Source: Thermoplasmata archaeon
GTDB taxonomy: Archaea > Thermoplasmatota > Thermoplasmata > GCA-020350865
DNA length: 64,000 nucleotides
Assembly (NCBI GenBank): GCA_020348445.1
Contig: CP070751.1
Location: 5,092,204-5,156,203 of the forward strand
Reading direction: 5' to 3'
In this document: positions 1 to 8,539 of the stretch, piece after piece
How positions within the stretch are numbered: the first letter of the stretch is position 1
Layout of the letters: each line of letters begins with the position of its first letter
Program-made: the position numbers and the translations under genes
The notes under the pieces: model-generated
The model's input: the letters and a program-made list of their open reading frames with translations, nothing else
What the model was told of the DNA's origin: nothing
The model's database searches: none

Positions 1-2704
1 CAAGAATATATGAATAATGGGACTGTCCAGGTCTTAGCCAGGGAACGTAGTTAGTCGTCACAAAATCCAAAAACCGAGTGGCGTGCTCCCCCGAAAATTC
101 CAAAATACCCATATGGGAGACATCGAACAATCCAGCTGTTTCCCTGACTGCCTCATGCTCATCACTTGTCTTGGTGTACCAAAGCGGCATTTCCCAGCCA
201 GCGAAGGACGCCATCTTCTTTGTAAGTTTTATATGTTCATCATTTAGGCAACTTTTTTTAAGGGATTTTTCTTCAGGAACATAATCGTATTTCTTTTTAA
301 TGGAGTCTTTCTTTTGTATTCCTTTTACTATCTGTTTTTGGCCAACAAAGTACGACTTGTTCAAATCAAAGAATGATTCATGGTTCTGATAAAGGGTAAT
401 CCCATCTGATTTCTGCATTTCATCAAGATTTGGCAGCCCTGATTCTTTTTGTATTCTTTGCCTAGCATTTAATCCAGCGGCTTTGATTCCCAAAGCCTTC
501 CCAGTAAGTAATATTTTATCCCAGATTTTTTGTACACTGGATGGGGAAATAAACATATCATATCCTAAAAAGTCTCCATGAGACTCGCATGAGACTAATA
601 TATCGACATCATCTATCTTTCCCTTTGAAAAGTATGAAGGTTCAAGAGACCCCACCTCAGGAACCAACTTAGTCATTATCTCTTTAGCCATCGGGCCTAT
701 CAGAGCCAAGGCAGTCATTTGATTCTTATCTTCCACCTCCTTCAAGTCCCTAACCACGCAGGGACCCTCCACCTTCATAAAAACGTCATCATCAAAAAGG
801 ACGTAACCATCTGAAAGAGCGCGTAACCAGGTTTTGATCCTCTCACAACTTGCTGAGCTTGTTACAAGAATGCACCTGCTTCTTTCCTTTCTATCATGCT
901 CCATCCTGAGAATATGAACATCACCCATGGGCTTAGAATCCTTATACAGGAAGAAACCCCAGGCTCCCATGCCAGGTGGAAGGCTGCCTACATCCTTTGT
1001 TACAGTCTGCTGCAAAAAGGGCATCACCCGATCTGTATCTCCAGATATCTCGAGAATCCCCAGATCCCACATGTCAAATAAAGCAGCACCCTCCTTTGCT
1101 GCCAAAAATTCAGATTCAGAATCTCCATAATGTATGGGAACAACAGGACCACTTGTATCCTCAAACTTCCCATTTAACAACTCATGTTGAGCTTTCAGAG
1201 GAGTATCCTTGGCTTTCATCTCATCAATTGAGTAATAATGGGGATACCCACTTGACAAACTCACCTTATCCCTGGCAAGGCTCTTTTCCAGCTCTGCAAC
1301 CTCGGCTTTAATCTCTTCCATTAGATCGAAATCGATTTTTCCACGGCCAGTTTCTCTCACACCGCCAAGATAATAAAATGGATGTATGTTGGTTAAAACC
1401 TTGTGAACCAGATATGCTATCTTCTCCATCTCCTTTTTACCCATACCTCTTTGGGTTGCCCATGTGGTTCCAAGTCTTATTGCAGAGGGATGCACAGGAT
1501 TTTCATCACCTACAATGGCGTTCTTGTTGCACGTAAGACCGCACAGATCAAGTATCCTGGATACGGCCTCACCACTCATCTGATAACCTGTCTTAGATTT
1601 TATGCCCTTTAGGTCAATTAAAACCATATGAGTATTTGTGCCCCCGTAGGCAAGTTTAAGACCCAGGGCTTCAAGGGACTTGCCAAGATGCTCTGCATTC
1701 TTAACTATTTGTTTGGATAGCTCCTTGAACTCTTGCGTCTGCGCTATCTTGAAACAAACGGCCTTAGCAGCTATATTGCAGATGTGTGGCCCCCCCTGCT
1801 CACCTGGAAACACGGCAGTTTCAATTAACCTTGCCTTTTCCTCGTCAGTTGTTATAATCACAGCACCTCTTGGACCGCACATGGTCTTGTGGGTTGTAAA
1901 TGCCGCAATGTCGGCGATTCCCACGGGATTGGAAACAACGCATGCAGAAACCAAGCCTGCAGTATGTGCAATATCAGCATGCAGTATGCAACCTCCTTCA
2001 ACTGAATCTGCAATGTCCCTCATTTTTTTCCAGTCAATATCCCAGGGATATGCACTGTATCCTGCTATAATCATCTTGGGTTGATGCTCCTTGGCAAGTA
2101 TTTTAATTGCCTCATAATCAAGCCTTCCAGTGGACAAGTTTACAGTGTAGGGGATGATATTGTAGAACTTGCCCGAACGGTTGGCTTCGCTTCCATGCGT
2201 GAGATGACCACCAGAATCCAGAGCCATACCCATTACCGTGTCTCCAGGCTCCAAGAAAGCCTCGTACACAGCGTTGTTTGCAGCTGCACCAGACAGGGGC
2301 TGGACGTTGACAAAAATCCTCTCTACAGAAACCTCCTTTGATACAAAGAGCTCTGCACAGCGTTTCTGAGCCAGGGCTTCAATAAAATTAACATAATCAA
2401 CGCCTTTGTAGTACCTCCTGTCAGCGTATCTTCTCTGAAATGTAAGCTGCCTGTCAAAATCCAGAAGCTCGTCTCTTTCGTCGCGGATGTACCTCATATG
2501 TGGATAACCCTCAGCATAAAGGTTGGTAAAAACAGAGGCCAGAGCTTCCTTAACAGGCGCAGGGCATATACTCTCAGATGCTATGAGCATTATCTTTCTG
2601 GCTTGCCTTTCCTCTTCTAGGTTGATCAGGTAGTCGGTCTCGGGATCCACTGTTGACAGCTCATCTTCAAAGAAGAAATTAGAAGGCGCTTTTGAATTGG
2701 TCAT
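1..2704 (-). CDS. glyA/gcvT: Serine hydroxymethyltransferase fused to a degenerate GcvT-like domain and a second GcvT (aminomethyltransferase) domain; runs off the left edge
   Basis: Not in the ORF track because it has no stop in the window. Manual translation from ATG 2704 is open to base 2 and contains LIASES, NLYAEGYP...RYYKG, NVQPLSGAAAN, GGHLTHG, AGYSAYP, FTTHKTMCGPRG (PLP Lys) and IRLGT. Then come AALFDMWDLG (GcvT-like 1, from ~1207) and FAGWEMPLWY...AVRETAGLFDVSHMG (GcvT 2, from ~255). Confidence 0.93.
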   Translation of the reverse strand, partial: MTNSKAPSNFFFEDELSTVDPETDYLINLEEERQARKIMLIASESICPAPVKEALASVFTNLYAEGYPHMRYIRDERDELLDFDRQLTFQRRYADRRYYKGVDYVNFIEALAQKRCAELFVSKEVSVERIFVNVQPLSGAAANNAVYEAFLEPGDTVMGMALDSGGHLTHGSEANRSGKFYNIIPYTVNLSTGRLDYEAIKILAKEHQPKMIIAGYSAYPWDIDWKKMRDIADSVEGGCILHADIAHTAGLVSACVVSNPVGIADIAAFTTHKTMCGPRGAVIITTDEEKARLIETAVFPGEQGGPHICNIAAKAVCFKIAQTQEFKELSKQIVKNAEHLGKSLEALGLKLAYGGTNTHMVLIDLKGIKSKTGYQMSGEAVSRILDLCGLTCNKNAIVGDENPVHPSAIRLGTTWATQRGMGKKEMEKIAYLVHKVLTNIHPFYYLGGVRETGRGKIDFDLMEEIKAEVAELEKSLARDKVSLSSGYPHYYSIDEMKAKDTPLKAQHELLNGKFEDTSGPVVPIHYGDSESEFLAAKEGAALFDMWDLGILEISGDTDRVMPFLQQTVTKDVGSLPPGMGAWGFFLYKDSKPMGDVHILRMEHDRKERSRCILVTSSASCERIKTWLRALSDGYVLFDDDVFMKVEGPCVVRDLKEVEDKNQMTALALIGPMAKEIMTKLVPEVGSLEPSYFSKGKIDDVDILVSCESHGDFLGYDMFISPSSVQKIWDKILLTGKALGIKAAGLNARQRIQKESGLPNLDEMQKSDGITLYQNHESFFDLNKSYFVGQKQIVKGIQKKDSIKKKYDYVPEEKSLKKSCLNDEHIKLTKKMASFAGWEMPLWYTKTSDEHEAVRETAGLFDVSHMGILEFSGEHATRFLDFVTTNYVPWLRPGQSHYSYIL

Positions 2705-2870
2705 CACAACACCCCAATTATGCAAAATCTCAGGTGATTTTGCATTCGCCACCATACCAAATTCCAGGTACAAATAGTTTTTTACAAAGACCTTGAGCAT
2801 AGAAATTACAAAATCCTTTTAAGCAATAAAACAATCACACAAACCAAAGAATCCAAAGGTGGAAATGTAA

Positions 2871-3410
2871 TTGAAAATACTTATTCATGTTTGCTGCGCT
2901 CCTTGCTTCACCTATCCCCACAAACGCCTGCGCAAAGAGAATCATGAGGTTGTGGGTTTCTTTTACAACCCAAATATTCATCCATATACAGAATACAAGG
3001 CCAGGCTTCACGCCTTGCAAAGGTATACATCCTTAAAACCTGTTGAAATTATTTACAATAATGAATATCCCTTGAAGGAATTTGTAAGCGGTCAATTGAA
3101 AGCTATGGATGAAGGAAAAAAAAGATGTGAGTTCTGCATCAAAACGAGACTCAAAAAAACGGCCCAAACAGCCAAGGATAAAGGATTTGACGCCTTTACA
3201 ACTACGCTTTTGGAATCCAAATACCAGCCACATGATTTGATAAGGGAAATAGGAGAGGACTGCGCTAAAGAATTTGATTGCGGTTTCTATTACGAGGATT
3301 TCAGGGTAGGATGGAAGGAATCGGTGAGCTTGTCAAAAGAATTAGAATTGTATAGACAAAAATATTGCGGATGCATATTCAGCGAGAAAGAAAGATATTT
3401 AGACAAATAA
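2871..3410 (+). CDS. queH: Epoxyqueuosine reductase QueH (DUF208) family protein
   Basis: LIHVCCAPC, FFYNPNIHPYTEY, RCEFC, FTTTLL and YRQKYCGCIFS motifs. Confidence 0.88.
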   Translation: MKILIHVCCAPCFTYPHKRLRKENHEVVGFFYNPNIHPYTEYKARLHALQRYTSLKPVEIIYNNEYPLKEFVSGQLKAMDEGKKRCEFCIKTRLKKTAQTAKDKGFDAFTTTLLESKYQPHDLIREIGEDCAKEFDCGFYYEDFRVGWKESVSLSKELELYRQKYCGCIFSEKERYLDK

Positions 3411-3486
3411 TTGTTTTTTAAAATATAGTAGAAAAAAAGATAGGCCAGGCTAGTAATTTGTAATCCTCATTCAGATATGAGACAAT

Positions 3487-4080
3487 CTACTGTGTAAATG
3501 TCTCGCCCTTCTCGTAGGTATCCTTCAGATGCTTTATCAAGTTCTCCCTGTTTCGCCTGATATGGGACTCAAACCAAATCTTGACCACATCCCCCAGAAT
3601 CTTGTGCAACTTGTCAAAAGATAAGGAGTTTAAGGTGGAATCGTAAAGTACACGCTGAGTGAAAATTCTCTTCCATCCAGAGTACTTGTAATAATGTTCT
3701 CCCTCGCAGTATTCGAATACCATCCGAAGATGTGTGGCTTTGGCTGTGTTGTAATACCAGGCTTTCAGCGAATCACCTACCCTGCCCTGATCCTGGGTTC
3801 TGTCTATGAGCTGAACTGTACTTACACCTGAAAAATTGAATTTTGGTTTGAACTTCCATGGTTCAGGGAAATCCTCGAATTGGGCAAACGCACTGTGTGA
3901 AGGCTCCATTGTAAAGTGCACACCCTCCTTGTTGAATCTTATCCAAATCCTCCAAAAGTCCTGGATCAATGTCTTGTTTATATCCTCTTTTTGGGCGTTC
4001 TGCTCATCTACATCCAACAGAATTTCCTCTGTCCTTTTTTCCAATTCCTTATCGAGAGCTGCAAACCAATCATCTGCCAT
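3487..4080 (-). CDS. Hypothetical protein (197 aa), N-terminal coiled coil followed by an alpha/beta region
   Basis: Long ORF with natural composition; GGAGG-like signal upstream (CCGAAGTGATACCATG / cctcccg on the + strand); no recognisable motif. Confidence 0.75.
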   Translation of the reverse strand: MADDWFAALDKELEKRTEEILLDVDEQNAQKEDINKTLIQDFWRIWIRFNKEGVHFTMEPSHSAFAQFEDFPEPWKFKPKFNFSGVSTVQLIDRTQDQGRVGDSLKAWYYNTAKATHLRMVFEYCEGEHYYKYSGWKRIFTQRVLYDSTLNSLSFDKLHKILGDVVKIWFESHIRRNRENLIKHLKDTYEKGETFTQ

Positions 4081-4243
4081 GGTATCACTTCGGGAGGTAT
4101 ATGAATTACAAATTTAAAAAGGTTGTTATCGAAAGGGCATACCCAAAATCTAATTTATCCATTTTTTACATTTTTTCAACATGATTTGCCATTTCCTAGA
4201 ATGAGAATAAATCTACCTAAAAGTATAAATATTATATCAACAT

Positions 4244-4257
4244 TATACAATTGTATA
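4244..4257. promoter_or_regulatory. Perfect 14-bp palindrome TATACAATTGTATA, putative operator just downstream of a TATA box (TATAAATA, 4224-4231)
   Basis: Read directly. A related site TATAATTTTGTATA lies at 7690-7703, upstream of the ABC operon. Confidence 0.55.
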
Positions 4258-4802
4258 TAACATACATGGGAATTTCAATGACAGTTGCAAACGAATTGAT
4301 GGATAGTATCTTGGAATCAGATGATGCATTCAGGGTAACATTAAGAAGAATCCTAAAAACGGATTTGGGTATGAGCATTCCAGAGTTCAGTAAAGTCTCT
4401 GGTATTTCGCAAAGTACGATTTACAAGATAATATCTGAAAAAAGAGAGCCAAATCTAAGAACAATAAGACAGATAATCGAAGCAATAAGGAAAATCGAAG
4501 GCCTCAAGAAGGAGCCTTTCATAGCAATTATCGTGGCAAGGTCGGTTTTGAACAAGATAGAGGAAAGGAGGATGAAGATCGCAGGCAAGGAACTAACGAT
4601 TCGGGAGTATCCTGCAAATTCCATGGAGGAAACCATAATCTCGGCAATTAAAGCGGAAAGGGATGGTGCCGTTGCTGTTGTTTGTGCGCCAATTGTGAGC
4701 ACGACAATCGAAAAGGTTCTAAGAATTCCTGTTGCCACGATCATGCCAAAGGAAAGCATGAAAGAGGCCATAAAACTGGCTGCAAAAAAGACTGGGATTT
4801 AA
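4251..4802 (+). CDS. XRE/Cro-type HTH transcriptional regulator with a C-terminal alpha/beta domain; true start probably ATG 4266 or 4278
   Basis: MSIPEFSKVSGISQSTIYKIISEKREPNLRTIRQII is a typical HTH_3 signature. Converges on the ABC operon with a 4-bp overlap. Confidence 0.85.
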   Translation: MYITYMGISMTVANELMDSILESDDAFRVTLRRILKTDLGMSIPEFSKVSGISQSTIYKIISEKREPNLRTIRQIIEAIRKIEGLKKEPFIAIIVARSVLNKIEERRMKIAGKELTIREYPANSMEETIISAIKAERDGAVAVVCAPIVSTTIEKVLRIPVATIMPKESMKEAIKLAAKKTGI

Positions 4803-5596
4803 CTCTCTTCTTTCTTACGTTCAGAGGCAATGGCCTTGGTGACTTCCTCTTCCACCTCACCTAAAATCTCATGTCTTAACTTTGCAAATTCTTTGCCAGC
4901 CCTATCCCTTGGTCTCAAGAGATCGATTGAGATTTCCTTTTTTATTGTAGCAGGTCTTGATGTGAGAACCACGACTCGATCCGAAAGATAAAGAGCTTCA
5001 TCAACTGAGTGAGTTACAAAAACAATGGTCTTATTTGTTTTTTGCCAGATCCCCAACAATTCCCTTTGCATTATATTTCTGGTTTGAGCATCCAAGGATC
5101 CAAATGGCTCGTCCATTAGAAGGACATCGGGCTCATTTGCCAATGCCCTTGCAATACCCACCCGTTGTTTCATTCCACCCGATAATTCATTTGGATGGGC
5201 GTTTTCAAATCCTTCCAAGTTCACAAGGTCAATGTAATGCATGGCAATTTCACGTCTTTTTTCTTTGGGCATTCCTTGGATCTCCAGGCCGAATTCGATG
5301 TTTTTAATCACAGTGCGCCACGGGAACAAAGCAAATTCCTGGAACACCATTCCGCGATTCGGACCCGGCCCTTCCACCTTTTCTCCTCTCTCATAAATGA
5401 TACCTTCTGAAGGAATTTCTAGGCCTGCAATCAATCTAAGGATAGTGGTCTTTCCGCAACCTGACGGTCCTAGAAGAGTAATGAACTCCCCCTCTTCGAT
5501 GGTGAGATTCAAATTCGAAATTGCGCTGACACTCTTATCATCAGAATCAAATATTTTTGTCAGATGTTCGATTTTAATCAGCGCATTCCCATCCAC
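4799..5596 (-). CDS. ABC transporter ATP-binding protein, nitrate/sulfonate/bicarbonate (TauB/SsuB/NrtD-like)
   Basis: Walker A GPSGCGKT, Q-loop VFQE, signature LSGGMKQ, Walker B LLMDEPF and H-loop FVTHS. Confidence 0.95.
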   Translation of the reverse strand: MDGNALIKIEHLTKIFDSDDKSVSAISNLNLTIEEGEFITLLGPSGCGKTTILRLIAGLEIPSEGIIYERGEKVEGPGPNRGMVFQEFALFPWRTVIKNIEFGLEIQGMPKEKRREIAMHYIDLVNLEGFENAHPNELSGGMKQRVGIARALANEPDVLLMDEPFGSLDAQTRNIMQRELLGIWQKTNKTIVFVTHSVDEALYLSDRVVVLTSRPATIKKEISIDLLRPRDRAGKEFAKLRHEILGEVEEEVTKAIASERKKEES

Positions 5597-6420
5597 CTGG
5601 ACACTCTCCTTTCTATATAACTGGCTCCACCTACTGTGATAAAGCCCAGAATACCTATTACGATCATTCCCGCGAACATATCGTCATATCGTCCCACATC
5701 AGCCATAGCAGATATATAAAATCCCACGCCACCGCCTGTAACTCCAACCATCTCTGCGGCAACGATACACATCCAACCTATACCCAATCCGATCCTAATA
5801 CCTGTCATGAGGGTGGGAATTACCGCTGGAAAAATCACCTTTTGCAGCATGTTTCGCTTTGTTACACCAAGGGTCTTTGCTGCATCGATAATAATGGGAT
5901 CTATTCTTTTTACACCGAAGATGGTGTTTATTAAAACCGGAAAGAAAATTCCTAAAAACACAATAAAGGCTGTATCAAAGGGCTCATCGAAAAACACAAT
6001 TGCAAAAGGTATCCATGCTATTGGAGGTATCGGCCGAATCAATTCCACTATGGGATTACCAGCATTGTGCACATGTTTTGACCAGCCCATCAACAAACCC
6101 AAGGGAACTGCTAAAATAAATGCGATTATAAATCCATATAAAATCCTAACCATGGAGGCTAGAATATGTTCTCCCATGTAGCGCTGTGAAAATGGATCTC
6201 GGTTAAAAAATGAGGCTATTAGGGCGTCAAATACCATATGCGGTCTAGGAAGATACGGCTTATTTTGTAACTGGGCATATAAATCCCATGCAAGAATAAA
6301 TATGATTACAGCGAGGATACTTATTCCCAAGTGAATTAACCTATCTCTGTTTTTCTTTACCTTGAAAAATGAGAGAAAAAAAGTCCTGTTCTTTTGGGCC
6401 TTCGAAGCCTTTTTGTTCAT
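5578..6420 (-). CDS. ABC transporter permease (TauC/SsuC/NrtB-like)
   Basis: LIRPIPPIAWIP, EAA-loop-like DAAKTLG, WMCIVAAEM and several TM segments. Confidence 0.93.
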   Translation of the reverse strand: MNKKASKAQKNRTFFLSFFKVKKNRDRLIHLGISILAVIIFILAWDLYAQLQNKPYLPRPHMVFDALIASFFNRDPFSQRYMGEHILASMVRILYGFIIAFILAVPLGLLMGWSKHVHNAGNPIVELIRPIPPIAWIPFAIVFFDEPFDTAFIVFLGIFFPVLINTIFGVKRIDPIIIDAAKTLGVTKRNMLQKVIFPAVIPTLMTGIRIGLGIGWMCIVAAEMVGVTGGGVGFYISAMADVGRYDDMFAGMIVIGILGFITVGGASYIERRVSRWMGMR

Positions 6421-6504
6421 CGGTCAGTCTCCTTGGCGCTAATGAGCAAACCGATATTTGGCTCTTATCTCCTTTAGATCATATTTATTGTAGAGGGATT
6501 GTCT

Positions 6505-7602
6505 TCATGTAGAGACCTTAATATTCTCCTCTTCTGCTATCATCCTTAAAAGGAAATACTGGACTGTTGAAAACCCGGGTATTCCAAATTTCTTGCCCCT
6601 TAGATCCTTTAAGGAATCGATGCTCTCAGCGACGATTATAGCTGAGCCTTCGTTGTTAACCTGGGCTAAAATCATAGTATTTATTCCGGCATTCAAATGC
6701 TTAAGAACAGCAGGAGCGCTGCCTAAATATCCCATATCAACATCCCCTGCTTCAAAATGATCCATTTCATCTCCGCCGTTTGAGTAAGGAGCACCAGATG
6801 CATCGGTAACAGTCACTCCGTATTTTTCAAATAGGCTTTTTCCACCGCCTACATCAGAATTCTTGGCCACAGGATACGCGAGCTGATGAAGATCACCTAG
6901 AAGGTAGCCCACTCGAACGGTACCTAAGGAAGTGGATGTAGGGGTTACGGTAGCAGCATCCTGAAGATATGTTTCATCAACATATTTATCAACAAAATCC
7001 TCGGTATCCTCGTATCCTCGCTCAGATATTTTATCATCAGTTACGATTTCAAATTCTATAAGTTTGTCAGTATATTCTTTAAGACCATCATAGAAATCCT
7101 CGGTAAGTAGATAAACGTATGTCATGTGGCTTAATGCTTCCTTTACGACAGCTTCATCCCGTGCAGTAAAATCTACGGCTATGTCAACTAGTAAGGAATA
7201 TTCCATTGATGTGTTGTCCGCTAATGCGTTTACCATCCAAGTGGTTGCCTCCATATGCGCTTTCAAGAAATGTTTTACCAGATCAGGATTCGAACTTGCA
7301 AAGTTCTTTTCTACGGCCACGACGCAGCATGGATGACCAGGCCAAATCTCCCCGGATAAATGCAATGTCTTACCTACCCCACCGACAACAGAATCTGAGC
7401 AGTACGGTTCCCAAGCGACATATCCAGCGATATCTCCGCTATCAAGGCTAGCTTTCATGTCTTTTGGCGCAATTTTAACGGCCTTAATCGATTTTTCCCC
7501 ATCTTCCTCGAAACAGCCTGCTAATAACAGAACCGACACGATTATTACGATTCCGATTATACTCATGAGTTTGTTTTTGCTCACCTTCTTCATATGAAGC
7601 AC
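6505..7602 (-). CDS. ABC transporter substrate-binding lipoprotein (SsuA/NrtA/NMT1-like), apparently circularly permuted
   Basis: Signal peptide with lipobox LLAGC. AWEPY and GHPCCVV come before VRVGYL...DLH and DLRGKKFGIPG, the reverse of the canonical order. Confidence 0.88.
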   Translation of the reverse strand: MLHMKKVSKNKLMSIIGIVIIVSVLLLAGCFEEDGEKSIKAVKIAPKDMKASLDSGDIAGYVAWEPYCSDSVVGGVGKTLHLSGEIWPGHPCCVVAVEKNFASSNPDLVKHFLKAHMEATTWMVNALADNTSMEYSLLVDIAVDFTARDEAVVKEALSHMTYVYLLTEDFYDGLKEYTDKLIEFEIVTDDKISERGYEDTEDFVDKYVDETYLQDAATVTPTSTSLGTVRVGYLLGDLHQLAYPVAKNSDVGGGKSLFEKYGVTVTDASGAPYSNGGDEMDHFEAGDVDMGYLGSAPAVLKHLNAGINTMILAQVNNEGSAIIVAESIDSLKDLRGKKFGIPGFSTVQYFLLRMIAEEENIKVST

Positions 7603-7774
7603 CAGTGCCTATATTATGGTTCTAATAGATAAATATTTTTCCTTTTCAGATATAAATTTGTCCTCATTGTATAAGATACTAAGCTTCTTTATAATTTTGT
7701 ATATTCAATGTCTTTGGACCATCAATTCTTATTAATGCATAAAAACTGAGTTATTAAAGAAGATACAGTCAAGT

Positions 7775-7788
7775 GAAGAATTTATATA
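7775..7788 (+). promoter_or_regulatory. BRE-like GAAGAA plus TATA box TTTATATA of the tRNA gene
   Basis: Lies about 42 nt upstream of the mature tRNA 5' end. Confidence 0.6.
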
Positions 7789-7829
7789 CCCTTTTAGCTT
7801 TCCCTCGGATAGAATTGAATAAATCAAAT

Positions 7830-7942
7830 GCAGGTGTAGTCTAGTCTGGTTTAGGACGTTGGCCTTCCATGATCTTCTCCTTCTCAATTTACGGGGATAT
7901 CAAAGAAAGCCAACAACTCGGGTTCGAATCCCGGCACCTGCA
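7830..7942 (+). tRNA. tRNA-Gly: tRNA-Gly(TCC) with a 38-nt intron at canonical position 37/38 (7870-7907)
   Basis: Acceptor stem GCAGGTG/CACCTGC, anticodon stem TTGGC/GCCAA with loop CT-TCC-A|A, T-arm GGTTCGAATCC, discriminator A with no encoded CCA. The intron forms a near bulge-helix-bulge. Confidence 0.95.
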
Positions 7943-8225
7943 TCCTTTATTTTCTAATTATTATCACATTGATGTAAGGGATTCGAACCTTAGAGGAAAG
8001 GAGATTATAAGCATATTAAATTACCTTTCCTCGCTAGGGACGAATCCCGGCACCTGCATCCATTATTTTCTAATTGCTATTAAATTAATTTAAGGGATTC
8101 GAACCTCAGAGGAAAGGAGATTATAAGCATATTAAATTACCTTTCCTCGCTAGGGACGAATGCCCGTGGCGGGAAACCCACCACTTCATTTCCTCGCCTG
8201 GCTCGGAAATCCCGGCACCTGCATC
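7925..8225 (+). repeat. Tandem array of ~116-bp units, each starting with a copy of the tRNA 3' end
   Basis: CGAATCCCGGCACCTGCATC occurs at 7925-7944 and 8041-8060, and AATCCCGGCACCTGCATC at 8208-8225. Each unit also carries GGGATTCGAACC (reverse complement of the T-arm) and a GAGGAAAGG...CCTTTCCTC hairpin. Confidence 0.9.
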
Positions 8226-8539
8226 TATTGTTTTCTTGATTTTTTTATGGATGAGCCTTATGTTCGAATTATTTTGGTATAACAATTATTTCTTAGGCTC
8301 AAACATCCAGCATTTGTAAAAACCTTTAAAGATCTGTATTAATAATTATTAAACATAAATATATATATATTAGATGTAATTCTGGATAAAAAATATGCAT
8401 TTTGGATATAGAAAATATATAAGGGTGATAGAATAGTACCCCTATTTGACAGCATCATGTGGCACTATGGATGGTAAGGGAGTAAACAGAGTTACGGAAA
8501 GTTTCAGGGACGCTGTCACAATATAGAAAGGGGACATGC

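Noticed and set aside
7869-8093. 74-aa ORF on the + strand
   Set aside because: It overlaps the tRNA intron, the 3' exon and the non-coding repeats; spurious.
7925-8225. CRISPR array interpretation of the repeats after the tRNA
   Set aside because: The intervening sequences are ~100 bp and nearly identical rather than unique spacers, the repeat equals the tRNA 3' end, and no cas genes are present.
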